From Phoronis australis (lineage: Eukaryota > Animalia > Phoronida), in the NCBI GenBank assembly GCA_002633005.1, contig NMRA01000530.1:200072-264071 (forward strand): a stretch of 64,000 nucleotides of DNA, read 5' to 3'. The notes below the pieces were generated by a model. That model saw only the letters and a program-made list of their open reading frames with translations. It made no database searches and was not told the DNA's origin. Below are positions 11,561 to 26,032 of this stretch, in pieces (the stretch's first letter is position 1; the number at the start of each line of letters is the position of its first letter). The position numbers and the translations under genes are program-made.

Positions 11561-14500
11561 ATCAAGCACTGGGATATACGTTAGTTAGTACATGAGATAT
11601 GTTGTTAGCTAACACGACAAGCTTCTGAGTTCATTTCTGTTTTCAACATCTGACTGTTTACTCTGTCCTGGAATAAGTGGTTCTTCATACTCGGTTACAT
11701 TAGTATGACTGTAAACACTTGCACAGGACTGTACATCTAAATCATGAGCATTCTTCCTGGCAGATTCTTTTAAGTTCATTCTCGTATTATTCGACGTTGT
11801 AGCGGTCTCTGGACAGGGCTGTTTATCTTCATCAGGAGTCATTGTCTTGGCCAAATTTTTCAATTTCAATTCCTGTCGTTCGTTGATACAGAGATCTCTT
11901 AAACTCTTAATTGATTTCGTAACGGACTCTCTCGAGTTCATTTCATTCGAACTCTCTGTAGAACAGCCGTCGATCAGGGGACAGAGGATACAGCACTTCA
12001 CCAATCGTTGTTAACAATGCCAATAAAACAGCAATTCTAGGCTATGCACTTACTTAAATTCTGGATTTTCGAATAACACCTGTCCATTACAACCAATGAA
12101 CGTTTTAATACTTGCATTACATCAATACAACATTTGTTATTTCATAAACTGTTAGCATTTTTGATTTAAAATAAAGGCGAAACTTAAAATTTCAAGATAC
12201 AATTCAAGCTTACTATCTTACCAAATGAATTGGCAATTGACACTTGTAGTTTTGAACATGCAACAACAGCATGTGTTGATTACTTGTAATATCGATTTCA
12301 TATTGTTTAAATGTTACTTTCTAAAAACAAAATTGATTGCAGTGGCGACAATAATGTTTGTCGGTAAATCTTCAGCCTTTTATTGTACCATTCTACATCT
12401 TCTCAGACGATGTGCCGCTATTGAGAAGATATGCGTCTAGGTTTTCCGGATCCACCATCATGTTCCCTCGGCTAGGTGTATCCCGATCCCAATGTTCACC
12501 AAGAGTGATGTCAACGTTTACCCATTGCTGAATGATGTTATTCTTCTCAAACAATTTTTCAAATAACTTGTCACATACTTTGAACATTATGTTTCAGGTT
12601 AAAGTGACCATGTAATTGTTAACTCCATAGAAGTAATGGCAAACATGTTCTTTTACTTCACTGACTTCTGCTCACGTTATTTACAAAAATAATAACACAT
12701 CCAATGAAGTGAAAAAACGGTTTAAAATTCAGGCAGCATTCACCCACAGCAACTTATCTGCAGTCATCCATATTCAAACAGTTCTACATCTTTTCAATTT
12801 CGGAAGTTGTGATTGGCTAAAAAGCAACTCCACAGTGGTGTACTAGGAGCCATAGAAATCCATTTTTTTTTACAAAAATATGCAACTTTTAAACTGAATT
12901 ACGCGGAGACTTACCGAATAACAAATGTTTGAAGGCATGTCTAGCCACATGCCTTCCTGGCATGGTAACGGGATAAAAAGACTGGAGCCACTGCCCATGG
13001 CCTACATGGAACAGAAATCATATCGCATGAAATAACGTGGTCAAGGATTCGTGTAGTTGCGACAAAGTATGGAGTAAAATTTGATAGTCACGGGCCCTTG
13101 TTCGTAAGTATTGCAGGAGATGTGTTATTACTCTCTGGTCAATAATATAACTAGATGCAAGTTTAAGAGAATGTAGGCTTAATAGGAGTGATAAATATTT
13201 TCAGTTATTCGTTTTGGTGTCGAATGAATATACTCGTGTCTCTAAACAGATAATTTCGGTTCAGAGGTATTTGTCAGTTACGGAAAGCATCCAAGTATCA
13301 ATGGCTGATAGATTTCTAGTGAGGTTTTAGCCAACTTCTGTCATACTAACTGTTCACCGGTCACTGCCTATATGTACGTGTTTCTGCAGCAAAACGGATA
13401 AATTCAAAGCCTCGATTGTTGCAACACATTATACTATAAACCTGCGCCGTCTGTCATAAGTTAACTTATAATTTAGACCACTTATTACTGTCAAATTTAT
13501 CTGACGTTGTTCCTTTCTCACATCATGAATAGGTTTCGAACCAACTTCAATTAACAGAGCCATTAAGTCGCTTGTCACGGCGGGTAACTTTAAAGAAGCA
13601 TGGAACGCGAATTATATGTCGCCAAAAATATATTTCAAACAACTCCTGACGAAAGTGCCACTTTCTGAAGAACACTGAATCAGCTATTCTTCCATTCTTT
13701 TCGTGGGAATTTTGGACCTTCGGGAATTCCAAGCTGTTACTAATCAGTTATTCTTTTGTCTCAGCCCACAGGCGTAGCAGTGTGCCCCCTTTTTCCTAGA
13801 AAAAAGTGGGATGGAACCATTTTTCCTAGAAAAAGTACGACTTAGTAGATCAGTCCAGACGTAGTGGTGTGTGCCTTCTTTTCCTAGAAAAAAGAGGGAG
13901 GGAACCACGTGTTCGTTAGGAGGAAGGAGGGGTGGGGAGGGTCGAACTTTGTTCCAAAAAGGCCGGGGCATGTCAAGAGCAGTTTTATTTCAAGGGATCC
14001 ATGTCTTTATTCTTTGCTCATCTCGAACATAGCTACTCAATGTGGTATAGAGAAATTGAAAAAACGTTTAGTATAAGACATGTTTTGTTAGCTAGTCTGG
14101 ACGTTGCATTTGCATTTAAAGAGGCCTGGAACAGACTAAATTGCAATATTGAAAGTGGTTCTCTGCCATTGAAACAGAATTCAACCAGCTCAACAGGTAT
14201 TTTAGGGTTTTTTTCATAAAGATTTTTAATTTTTGTTGATAATAAAGCAACTTTCTTTTAGTTTTGAATTTCAAAAAACGATCTGTCACCTGCTCCCCAC
14301 TTCGTCAGTTATTCTCACGCAAGGCAAAGCATGTCTCCTTTTTTGTATGACATGACATAGACGTAGCAAATTTCACTTATATGGAAATGTGACCTTTGAT
14401 TTCAAGCGACTTCAACTGAAGGTATAATAAACTATACGTCAATAATTGTAGTGGAATGTCGTGGTTAACTGATCAAATACAAAGCTCAAAGAACAGAACT

Positions 14501-16799
14501 AACGTTCTTGCATTGACAGTCTAGAGGCTAGGAATACATCGGAGTCGCTAGGTAAATATCTGGTCTATCGAGCACAGTCACATCGTTGAACTTGATCTGA
14601 TTTTTACACATCTATCCAGATACATGTACACTCAAGTGCAGTTCCTCAGACTTCTGGGTTGTTATTAAAATGATTTTACGAAAAAATAATAATAAGTGGT
14701 GTTAAGCCCAGAATTCACTAGAAAGAATTGCATCTGGTTCTAAACACAAACCAATGGAAATTGGCGATAAAAACTATGAAAAACTTAGAACGACATAAAG
14801 ATAGATAGTTTTTTTTTTGGAAAATCTCACATACATGTACAAGCGTACAGCAAACAGCCAAATGCATAAAAAGTAAATACAAAAGTCAAATACAGGAGCA
14901 CGAAATTATTTGAACGCAACAGTGAAACGCTGAGCAACAAATCTCGACTATGACTTTCCTTAAAAATTTGGAGCTTTCTGACATACATGTACATTGTAAT
15001 TCTGTATTCCCCAATCCCCGGACTTAGGTTAGGTTGATATTAAGTTAGAGTAATGAACAGCTATGGTGCAACAATCACACGAACGATCACTCGCCATAAC
15101 ACTATCCATGTAATTTGGCAGGTGTCAGTTATATGACTTACCTTTAGCCGTTTCAGTTCTAACCAAGTTAACTTCAGGACTGCCTGCAAGATCAATCAAT
15201 GGAACAATGCGTACTTCTGATTTCCCCCTCGTTTCGAGGTCACCACAAAGCGGCGCTCACTGTCCTTGATAAACATGATCTTAGGGGGAACTCTGCAGGA
15301 CTGAGTTTTTCACGGCAGTGCACACGTCACGTACTGGGCTTGCTGCCTTTCGTCAACTCCGCCGAAACTATGAAAAAATGAGGTGTTGTGTGCCGTTCCA
15401 TATCAAAGCCGCTACATCCACATAAACTTTATTCTGGTCTTGTATTTTGACCCTTTCACTTCCACCGAAATATGAAAGCGCCGAGCGAGACTCCGAAAAG
15501 TGTGGCAAAACGCATAATTGACAGTTTCCAGCACAAAACCATCGTGACCTCTTGCGAATACTCGACATAAGCCAACATTAGATTCATAACTCAAATTTCA
15601 TACATATTTCAAAAATGTGGCCGGAAATAAAAAGGGTTGATAATGCTGTATGTTTGGGGAATGGCCTAAGTGCAACCTTTTGCAAATCTAGTCCGCGTGC
15701 TTCTAAAATATAGACTTAAACACCTCTTACTCTCCCGCACAGTTATATGGGAAACTCACGCGAATTGGTTTGTTTATTGTAACTCATTGCGTATCCAAAA
15801 TGGTGGACGAAATCGTACTGGTCATCTGGTCACGGAAGCTTTTTCTTTGTAACCTGATGCCGGGGCAATTAATTGTCTCGAACACTGCAGCCATGAATCC
15901 AAACTCTAAAAATTCTAGTGTAGTTCCTTGACATTGGGTTCTTTATCGGTCAATCAAGAAGTTTACCCCCATCAAAAAGTAATTCTTAATAAAGGTTTGT
16001 CTATCATAAAAGCTGTGGATAATGTCCTTTTCCGCAAACAAGACATACTGAGGATTGAGAACAACGTCGCATAAGCGATTTTTGGGACTTGACAGACTGA
16101 TCCCACTATATTTAACCTCCTCTTGATCAATTAGTTTTGCTACTAGGATTGAAGTTCACCCCGGCGAACTGTTCCAAAAGCGTCTGTAGGTTGAGAAAGT
16201 GCGAATGACGCCGCAAACACATAAGACGAATGACTGAGCAGAAAAATAAACCTGGGATGCTTGGGGGATGCCGGAATCATGCTGACCGAATTCACGAGTT
16301 ACGTTAACCTATATAATGAAAACATATTGAATAACTTTTTACAGACTTCAACGTTCATTGATCTGATAAAATGTGGGGCCTCTCTCTGGTGAGGGATGAG
16401 TGGACTGCGAACTGCGAGACTGTTTTCAAATTTTGAAAAATGGCAAGGCTACTAGCCAATAATATTGCATTTTCCCTTTCACTATTTTTATTCAAAGTAA
16501 CGCAAACCATGCACACCAAAGGCATAGTCGCGTTAGTTTTTCGAACACGACCACCGAGTATGCATGTATTTATGCCCATGTGCCTGTATCGGGGATAATG
16601 CGTCGTATATAGATTAGATTAAAATAGTTTATTTCTTCAAAGCCCTTGTGCCCACAAGACATCAGTATAATGAAAAAATCTTACATGATAGGTGTGCCCA
16701 TAGATACTTACACACTCACCATTTGATTTCTTATTTCATATGCTTTGATAATAAATGTTGCCAGGTTTTAAGATAAATATATAAAAAATAATTGCAGGC

Positions 16800-17017
16800 A
16801 GTCTGATACACATTGTACCAGACGTGCGCAGGCCTCGCATGTGGGCCCATTGCACTGATCACCTGGAAATATGTTTATGCTTTATTAATACATAGTTAAA
16901 ACCGAGCTGAGGAGCTAGAAATTTGGCTCAAGGGTTTAGCAGTGTGACCTGGTGGGACTTGAAACCACGACTTCGAGTTAAGAAAGCGGGCACTTATCAA
17001 CCAGGCCACACTGCCTC
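16800..17017 (-). mobile_element. tRNA-derived SINE
   Basis: The minus strand has A-box-like gtggcctggttga and B-box-like ggtttcaagtccc about 45 bp apart, followed by a cccttgagc core-like block. The 3' boundary is approximate. Confidence 0.6.
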
Positions 17018-17138
17018 CTCAGGTTTTAAGATGGTGTCCTAATCTTTATTAAAGAACATTTGTTAATTATAACTAATAATAGATCTTTGTTTCAAGTAAT
17101 TACGTCTGAGACCGGCTAAAACTTGAAACAAAAAGACT

Positions 17139-17460
17139 CTATATGGCTTCTGCTTCTGACTGATTACAAATAGAACACAATCTTTGGGGGATACCATTTC
17201 TTCTGCCCAGTTCTATATTAAGTTGATTGGTTGAAAACCTTATGCTCGCTATCACAAAAACATGACCACGTGACAAATTTTCGAACAAGCACATGTATTT
17301 CTCACAAACCAGCTCTGACTTGATTGAATAGTAGAAATTACAATTCTCCATGCTTTCAATAGGTGGCCAACCATTTTTGAAAATTGAAAATGTTAATCTT
17401 TGCTTGAGTTCATACATAAATATCTGTTCATCACCGACCTCCTGGTATAGTCATACATAT
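17139..17460 (-). mobile_element. Non-LTR retrotransposon C-terminal remnant (RTE-X/L2-like)
   Basis: IKSELVCEKY...RFSTNQLNIELGR...RLCSIC is the typical post-RT region with a CCHC-like finger. Confidence 0.75.
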
Positions 17461-19499
17461 CAAGTGTCGGTGGTGAATAATTATGGGTTTTTACTCTAGT
17501 ACACCAGTTTTCCTTCCCAATTATATTCGTAATACACAGAAGTAGTAGGATTGCTTTGGTAGTCTTTTACTACCCATTTTGAGTGACTTATTTCAACTAT
17601 AATTATAAATGATAAATAACAGGCTTACACATGGTGATGCTATGTTGTACAACCCAAATTCACCTCGAGCCATTTGTTTTACTACCAGTAAGCAGTGGTT
17701 TTACTGAAACGTTTCGCGTATGACGCATGCGCTTTAAACTCCGGACACAAGCACAAACTAACATATAGGCACATCAACCTACACTCCTCTATCCCAGTGA
17801 TACAAGAGGTAGCACTGCGGTTTGTTCATATAGCATGAGTTCTTGTTGCTTAAGAGTACGAAGTGACGTTCGGACTTTCGATTGGCTGGAATATAACATC
17901 CAAACATCCGGATGTTGAAAAATGTTGTAGCATACTGCATCATCTATTGCAAATTTCTTTACAGCCGATTGCGCCAATTAAACCAATCAATGCATTCCAC
18001 ACAAGTTAGATAATTATCAAAACGTCAAAGAAAACAACAAAACGATTTTTGACAAAGGCAAAGAAGTCGTGAGTATATGTAATAACAAATTTATGAACGA
18101 ACTTGAACCATGTGCGGAATTTTTAAATTTTAAATAGCACACTTAATAGTGAGACAACTTCTACGCTAACGTTTGGTGTTTTATTACCCTCAACGCCTAA
18201 GCGAGTTTAGGACTAACCCGTGGCTTTAGATTTGCTTCTGAAAAAAATCTATTCGTTAATTTCTCCCATAACACATCGATTTTAATAGTTTCTTTTCAAT
18301 TTTAAAAATAGTCATGTTGTCCGTTTGCCTTACTTATTGTTAGTTTTTTCACTTTAAAACTGTTATGCTAAGCAGGCGGATTGGTTACGCCCGCAGTAAT
18401 CTCTTCCAATACACATTCGGCCAAGCCCATGAATATCCAAAAGCTTACTTCAATCTGTGACTGTGCTAAGGAATTCGCTGGATACACTGGGATGAACAGT
18501 GCACGCTTTCTTGTCCTCTTGCATGCATATCCTGTTAGTGTCAGATTTGCATAATGTATTATTTTTTATTGTGGGAATATAGATGCTAACAAACTAGCAT
18601 CAAGGGCTCTGCTTCATGAAAGTGACTTAATACTGAAAAATGGGATTACAGTCCCTCTTCACAATTGGTGAAAACAAGTTCAGCCATGTAGTTTAGAGCG
18701 CATCACAGACTGGATATGATTTACACATTTTTTCACTAGTAGTGTATATTCGCAGAGAATTGGCACAAGTGAGACACAATTATTTTTAAGGAATAGTTGT
18801 GTGGCCCGTACGACCAAATTTCATAAAACAAGACTTTAGGAAGACAGCACCAGAGCTACAAGCACACACTGAAAACTATCGTGTGAGACACTGTAATACT
18901 GCTCCATGTGAAAGTTTCAATCAAACAAGAGAGAGAATTGAGAACCACTGTATCCTTAGCGCCCAACAAAGCAGAACTACCGCTTTCGTCTGTTCAAATA
19001 CCAACTGATATTTTCTCCTGTTTCGGTCATCTTTGGGCGTGAAGAACGAACAACATGAAATAAAAAAATAAGTTGATGAAGCATATCGAAATGGATGTAT
19101 GAAGTTCTTCTTACGTAGCATTGTTTTTTATTTTGTTTTGCTCAACCAAACAAAAGGAAATGCTGTTTTAACTCAATCGTGTGACGTGTTGTGTTGTGCT
19201 ATTGTATGAATGACTAGCAAACACAGAGTACCATGCCTTCTTCCACCCCCACGAACCGCTCAGGTGGTGCTGTTGATTACATTTATTCCCATGAACACAA
19301 TTATTTTCTCACAAACTGCTTTTACCACGAACTGCTGTTTTATTCTCACGAGGTGTATTACTCACAACTGTAGCTCTACTTATAGTTGATAATAAAAAGG
19401 TAATTGTTTGTAAAAAAGCGAAATTATGGTTCATAAAAGAAAAGGATTAATAAAACCAACGTTTCCCTTTTTGACTAATGAAGCCGCTGGATCCCCTGC

Positions 19500-21150
19500 T
19501 GAGTTTCAAAAAACTTTCCAAGAACCTTGGTTAGTTGGCGTACATGAAGTTGTACAAAACTCGGAGCCAAATGAAGTTTGACAACCCGTGTAAGTCTGAT
19601 AATTATAGATGGTAATCTATGAAGTATTGGAAGTAACTATTTCTAGTGTACAACGTGCTGTCGCCGAACGCGTAACTTGCAATTCTGCAGACAACAGACG
19701 CAACAGTTTGACTGACGTGACGCCAGCAAACCAGAGTAAGAATTAAGGATTTTGTCATTTCAGTCCATGTGCCCGTGTCAGCACGCAGCTCTGTAGTAAC
19801 TTACTTTGTATTTGTGGAAACGATTACCAGAACAGTCGTAGGTCATCTCCCGACAATGCATGTTGATGACTTTTCATACGCTTTGTTGGATTGCGTTAAT
19901 GCTCATGATCGTTGACCACAACGTTTTTAATTTGACGAACCGCCATAAGCAACCTCTCCGCTTCACAACTTAGTGATGGGTATCCCCAGGAAGAGATAAC
20001 CATTCCTGGTGTCACACAGTTGATCTGCAGTAATACCTGCACATTCACCAACTGTTCCTCCGGACACTGCTTTAATAGCGAAAATAATTAATGTAGGGAC
20101 CACCGATATCCTTCAATCTTGCTCGCCATATCTCACACTCCGCCGTAAGGTATTTCTAGACTCTCCACAATCGAAGGCAGTTCATTGAGATACGTTTTTA
20201 ATTAATGTCAGATGGTAAAAGTGAAATACAGACAGCTGTGGTTGATTGACCGTTCTTGAATATTTAAAACATTTATTGTACTCTAGATACGCAGAGATAC
20301 AGTGTGCTTTTTGCCTTGTCGTCTGCAATTATTATACTAAATGAGCATCATTCGTCGATGATTTGTTCTTGAAATAGATTTCTTAAATGTCGTTTGGAAT
20401 GGTGTTCGAGAAATACGTCGCATTTGTCGGACAACTGTTCTGAATTGTCTTCAACTTCTCGTCAGCAAACAAAATCAGTTCTTTTAAATTTCGTATCATA
20501 GTCTGAAGGGCATTGTTTTTCTTTTCTTATTCATTTTGACGATGTCACGGCTGCAAATTCTGAAATAAAGATCTTCCCTTTTGTAATCGTTGAGTGTAAG
20601 CGGCAACAGCAGCCTTGTGATACGGATTTGATTTGTGTCTTGGCAAAATCCTGTCTTTTGCGAGGGCTCTTCAAAAATTATTAAACGGTTTTTACATTAG
20701 CACCGCGAATTGACAGCCGCGCCTGATAGACGTAGTGACCAATAACACAAACTGTGAAAAGTAACCACCATTCTTTCTCTTAGAGTAAACAAGACATGAA
20801 AAAATATCGAACCAATTAAATTTGCTGTTTGTTTCTGCTGCCGATTTGGAAAAAATTAAGTTTTATTCGGGTAAAATGCGTCTTCATAATTCTCACGACT
20901 TCTCGTCTTTTATATTTGTCCAATTAAATGTTCCTACTCGTGCGTTGGAATAACTGCAGTCCACTATGTCCTCCTTAAAGTCACTAGATTCAGCTCATTC
21001 GCAACTTCATGTTGTGCGACTGGGGTTTCTACACAACACGAAGCTGACAAATTCGTAGCATGAGAACACGTCGCTATTCCAGGTGTTTCAGCTGCTGCCT
21101 TATTAGCCTTTTCGTCTGAAGGCTTTGTTTCTTTTCAAAAATGTTTCCAA
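19500..21150 (-). mobile_element. Decayed hAT transposase (THAP12/ZMYM1-like, DUF4371)
   Basis: Minus-strand peptides with stops and frameshifts: NWFDIFSCLVYSKRKNGGY...KPFNNF...H...YHKAA, NATYFSNTI, FSII(A)D and QLCDTR. Boundaries are approximate. Confidence 0.75.
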
Positions 21151-21539
21151 GGCGGACAGTCATTGGTTACTTTATTCAGCGTGCATTTTGAGAGTTTGAG
21201 ACCACCGGCGCAGGAAGCATAATTAGATCCCCATTTTAATTGTTAAAACATTTAGACGGTGTAATAGTTGTATCTTTTAGCGTAAAGGAGATTCCCGCCA
21301 AAGATTAGTAGTCATCTCGAATACTTAACCGAAGTACTCTGGGGATTTAAAAACATTACTACGTTAATATATGAGCCTGACTCACTGTTGATTGAACCAA
21401 CAACTCATGATCAAGCCATGGGCAATGCGTACACGCGCCAGTGTCGTATTCTCGACTGCACCTGTTACACGACATCAATGGTAACCGTAGCTAATTCATG
21501 TGGATCAGAAAAACGAAACAAAAACGATACGTGTGAAAG

Positions 21540-21830
21540 CATAGGCGGATTTAGGGGGGGGGCCCAGGGGGCCCGGGCCCCCCCCCCTTGGCTGCNTGGG
21601 GGGCTCAGATCCAATTTCAAGTGTCACATTCGGAACACGGCTCAATCGTAACGAAACTATGGCTAAGTTTAGGCTCTCTCGCGATATCCCGGGCGACCGG
21701 CAGTGTCGCTGCGCACTGCGACTCCGTTTCCGTCGTCTGCTTCATTGTGCAATGAAGAAAATTACTTCATTTTTTAAAGAAAATGGAATTTGAGTGACGA
21801 TGAAAAAACAGAACCTGCTGGTAAGATGCG
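21540..21830 (+). mobile_element. 5' end of a hAT-type element (TIR plus first transposase exon relic)
   Basis: TIR cataggcggatttagg(G)n, also seen at 6575. It is followed by MKKITSFFK and a GTAAG donor at ~21821. Confidence 0.55.
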
Positions 21831-22122
21831 AATTTTAATCGAAGCCTTTGTGAATCACTCAGAAACTCATAATTCTCTCTTTGTTAAACATTATAAGACG
21901 ATTTCCAAAACAATCACGTCATTAATGCCAACACAAAAAAACGGATTTGGTCTTTTGGACAATTGAAGACTATTTTGAATACGACAAATTTGTTACGAAC
22001 CGATTGCACAAAATATAAAAGGTGAAATAAGCATTACATAATGAAGTAGGTTTCGCGCGCAAACGCTGTGGACCATAAACAAATACATATGTAGGTCTCT
22101 TATTACCATACTGCGAGTGAAA

Positions 22123-22185
22123 TCGTGGTGGTGCACTGGTAAAGCATGCGCGCACTATCCGCCAGGTCGTGAGTTCGAGTCTTTA
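22123..22185 (+). mobile_element. tRNA-derived SINE head
   Basis: A box tggtgcactgg and B box gagttcgagtc. There is no intact cloverleaf acceptor stem. Confidence 0.5.
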
Positions 22186-23898
22186 GAAATTTCAGTTTTT
22201 CATGTTTGACACGTTCTCCGCGTTTTTTCTTTGCCTTGTGGTTTGCAGATAAAGATGACATTAAAGCGCCATATTTTAGTGCAATCTGCCAATTAGTTTG
22301 TTACTCTTATCGTATATTAACGATATTTGGTTTCGCGTGTCTGACTGTAGGCAGGTTTGTACTATACAGCACTGTACTGTGAAGATCTGCACCATTTTCT
22401 GATCAATCGGGATTAAATTAGAATGGAATCGTAAAAGATGTATAGAGACAATGAAATCAGGACTCAATCTTGGTGCAGTTAGGACTGAAATTATTTAAAT
22501 AACAACCCTAGCAGCTACTCCATATTCAACAAACAATAGCCTATTCATTTACACTTACAAATGTGTAACTTTTTAAAATAACAAGCTCATGTCGAAGGAT
22601 CTGTGAATCGATTAGCATATCGGTCATATTTTTCCATAACCGAAGATTTTCTGGTGACAACTTTTGATCCAATGTAATTTCTCACAGAAATCGTGGGAAG
22701 ATTTAGAATCAAGGTGGCGGAATCTCAGTCTTGTGACGTCACACTGTATGGCCCTATTGCTCGGAATGTTGGTTAATTTTTGAAAATTCGAATTATACTC
22801 TTTGAACAAGTCCTCTTCTGACTGATGGTGTTGTGTTGCAAAAACCAAAGGAATTTTCACTAGGCTACATGTAATTAAAAATGACTTGTAGACACTGCGA
22901 CATAAAAATTACAAGTGTATAACCAGTAGTTTGGTATTGCAAAGCTGTATGTAACAACAGGATTGAGAACGAAATCATGATAATGTTACTTAGAGGTCTG
23001 AAGTGTCCAGGTCATTACATTAGTGAACCGGTTCAAAGCGAGGAAAAACAACTCTTGTTCCCGATTTAGAAGCACACAAAACTTTATTAGACACAACCGT
23101 AAAGCAATAACAAAATAGTTGATATTACACACTCATAGGAAAGTCAAGGGCCCTGTCATTCCCATGTAGTTCTTAGAACGGACTCGCACAGGGAGGAAAA
23201 GGGAGTGGGAACCGACATTGTGTTGTCGCATTCTAAGCATGTTTTTACCAAAGTTGACCGTTTTCACCATGCCTAGCCTGTTTCTGCGAAGTATTACTGG
23301 CTTCCGTGAACGCACTTTAATCTGTTATTTTGTATGTTTTGAACTACATGTAGCCATGTAGTCTCAATAATACTTTAGCAACAAAACTAAGAAAAAAGGG
23401 TTCAATCACCGAAATGAAGGCTCGTAAAATGGTACGCAGTAGCCGTTTCGCGCCATAACGTTTAACCTCGAGAATACAGAAGGAGGAAAGAATGGCCGAA
23501 AGTAGTCGTTGTATTGAAGAGGAGTCTGAGTAGAACACCATATAAGTATTCCCGCGGTGACATGGACCGACATAACCAAGTGAGCCTAACCTTTCATTAC
23601 GTTTGGCAATAAATGACCTTGGTGAATTCAAGATGATGCTCTGAACATGATTGTAGCAATCAAATTCAAGTGATTGTGTTACCGTTCAAGGCTTTAATGC
23701 GAGTTCGGAAGTTCTGAGAACATTTTTGGTGTGACAGGGCCTAGTATGAAATTAGACATAAACGTTATCATATACATGTAGGTCAAGTATATCGTTCAAA
23801 TCTTTTAACACATGTAGAATTTAGTTTGTGATGTAAATGACACTGATAATGAAATGATTGGTTTATGAAACTGCTTAGGAGAGGTCCGTTATAAGCCC

Positions 23899-23902
<4 letters not shown>

Positions 23903-23978
<76 letters not shown>
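23903..23978. repeat. (CA)n microsatellite
   Basis: Uninterrupted AC dinucleotide run of ~76 bp. Confidence 0.98.
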
Positions 23979-23983
<5 letters not shown>

Positions 23984-26032
23984 TATAGAACGAGGCCAAA
24001 CTGACGCTCTCTTATCTATATAATCTGTTTTGACGATAGCAAACAATTGTTATGCTGATAAGGAAAGATTTTCATCTTTGATTCAGCTATTCCATTAATT
24101 GAATATTAAGGCAGTGAGTAGGGAGGGCACGGCGTTTTAAAAGCAACTAATGGGTCGTCAATTAAGACGCGCAGTTCGTGTAAGCATGTATATACAGTTT
24201 GAATTTCAATTTTTAAAAACAGACGTTTATAGAACGTATAACAAAGTTTTTGTCCGACCGGTCGAAAACGAGACGGCGACTATTGGTCGTCGATGACAAT
24301 GGCAAATAAATGTTTGCACAGACTAGCTCTCTCATTCTCTGCTTTCATTTGATAAGCTCACGTAATCCAGCAATTATGTTGTAAACAGAGCGCCTGACGC
24401 TAGCTGATATTTAAAAATACTTTTTGCAAATGACTTTCAACAAATGTCATGAAGCAGATGTGTTTTGCATGAAATACTTCACCAAAAAACTTATAGAGAA
24501 AAACTGTTGAATTTTAGAGACATATGACTCAACTTTCACCTGTTGATTCCTTTGTGCGACCGTAAGCTCTGACCAGCTTAACAACAGCATTGTGTACCAT
24601 CACATAAGGCTGGCTTGACAAGTCTAATGGAGCGTGATTCTAAATTAGCCTGTGATAGTGGGATTTTTTTCAATTTTTACACTCCAGGAGAACGGTACAT
24701 GTATGTAAAGAAATAGGTGGTTGTTCTGCTTAGCCTTAGCAAACTACATTATTTTTGAAAACAGCTGTTGTCGTGCCACTAGCAGGGTAATTTGCTGCTT
24801 GTCCCGCATTCCCAATCCAAGTTACAACCGCAGCTGTGACTGAGCAACCGTGATTCATTCTCGGGATCTGCCAATTAGCTAGCCAGCCAACTAGCTGTAG
24901 GAATACTAGCAGCAAAATACAACTATATGTAGAAGTCGATGTTTGTAAATTTTATTCAGACCTAATAATTTCGCAGCACCTCAGTAGTTCTGCTTGTGAC
25001 CGTATTAACATGTAGAGATAAAGAATGAACGGAGTACTTGCCCAACGTGAGCTCACAAATGACGTTTGTCGTTTGCTATGTATTAAAAACGACCACTGCC
25101 TGCATGGAAATTATCTTTTTAAAATATGATCGACATATGATCCATATCCCAAATTTAGCCTCCTTTGACGAATTGATTATCTGATAAAATCATCAAATCA
25201 AGCAATTTCTGAATTTCATACTCCACCCCGAAAATGTGCTCTGCCTCGGTCACACCTCTGTGGTCTGAAAACCAACATATTGATCTCGGTGAAAGAAAAT
25301 GGTTGTATATCAGCAAGTCTTTTGCGTGAAAGATTCTCACGATGAAGTCAAATTTCACCACCTAAGAACTAAATTATGAATCGAATTACATGTCCGTATG
25401 TTATCTATTGTATGTTATCAATGTGACAACCGCCCTGCAGTGCACTTTAAAAACAACAGCTGCGCAGCAGATGAAATCCCCCATATTAGTGAACCAAATT
25501 ATTTTCGTTTTAATTTTAGTATATTCAGGATATTTACTAATTTATTTATTGACGTATGCGCTCAAAAGTACATGGCTAAATGTTTATTCAGCAGTTGTTA
25601 AGTGGTAGCCACATTTCTCTTTTAGATTTCAGCCACTAATCTTAAAAATCCGTCGAGGTATTGAAAATTAAGCTACATTATTATTCAGAAAATATGACGT
25701 GACCCATAAACTATAAAAATATACATGCGAAGACACACACACGCACGTGCGCACGCACGCACAAACACTTGCAAACGCACACCTATTTGTTTCTGATAAA
25801 CTTAGCTTTTACCATCAACCTCAACATTTGAAACTGCAAAGTTCACCAGTGTCTAGATTCGTAACTGAAAGCACATATGGTGTTCAGGCAACTTGAGTTT
25901 CCAACCACTCAATCAATTTCCGAGACTGGGGCGTAGTGCTTATACATGTATGAACAGAACATTCTGTCACAAGACTTTAAGCCATTTCTAGCTTTAATAG
26001 TCCGGAATAGGTAATGAGCTTATAGATTTATT

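Noticed and set aside
13780-13900. Three copies of the near-palindrome ttttcctagaaaaa with spacers (superficially CRISPR-like)
   Set aside because: Eukaryotic context, irregular and mutually similar spacers and no cas genes; more likely TE subterminal repeats.
23057-23648. Possible solo LTR (TG...CA, minus-strand AATAAA)
   Set aside because: No target-site duplication or second copy found.
23783-24046. ORF with a poly-(CV) tract
   Set aside because: Translation of the (CA)n microsatellite.
25155-25361. Exon-like 68-aa minus-strand ORF
   Set aside because: No recognisable domain and no partner exons identified.
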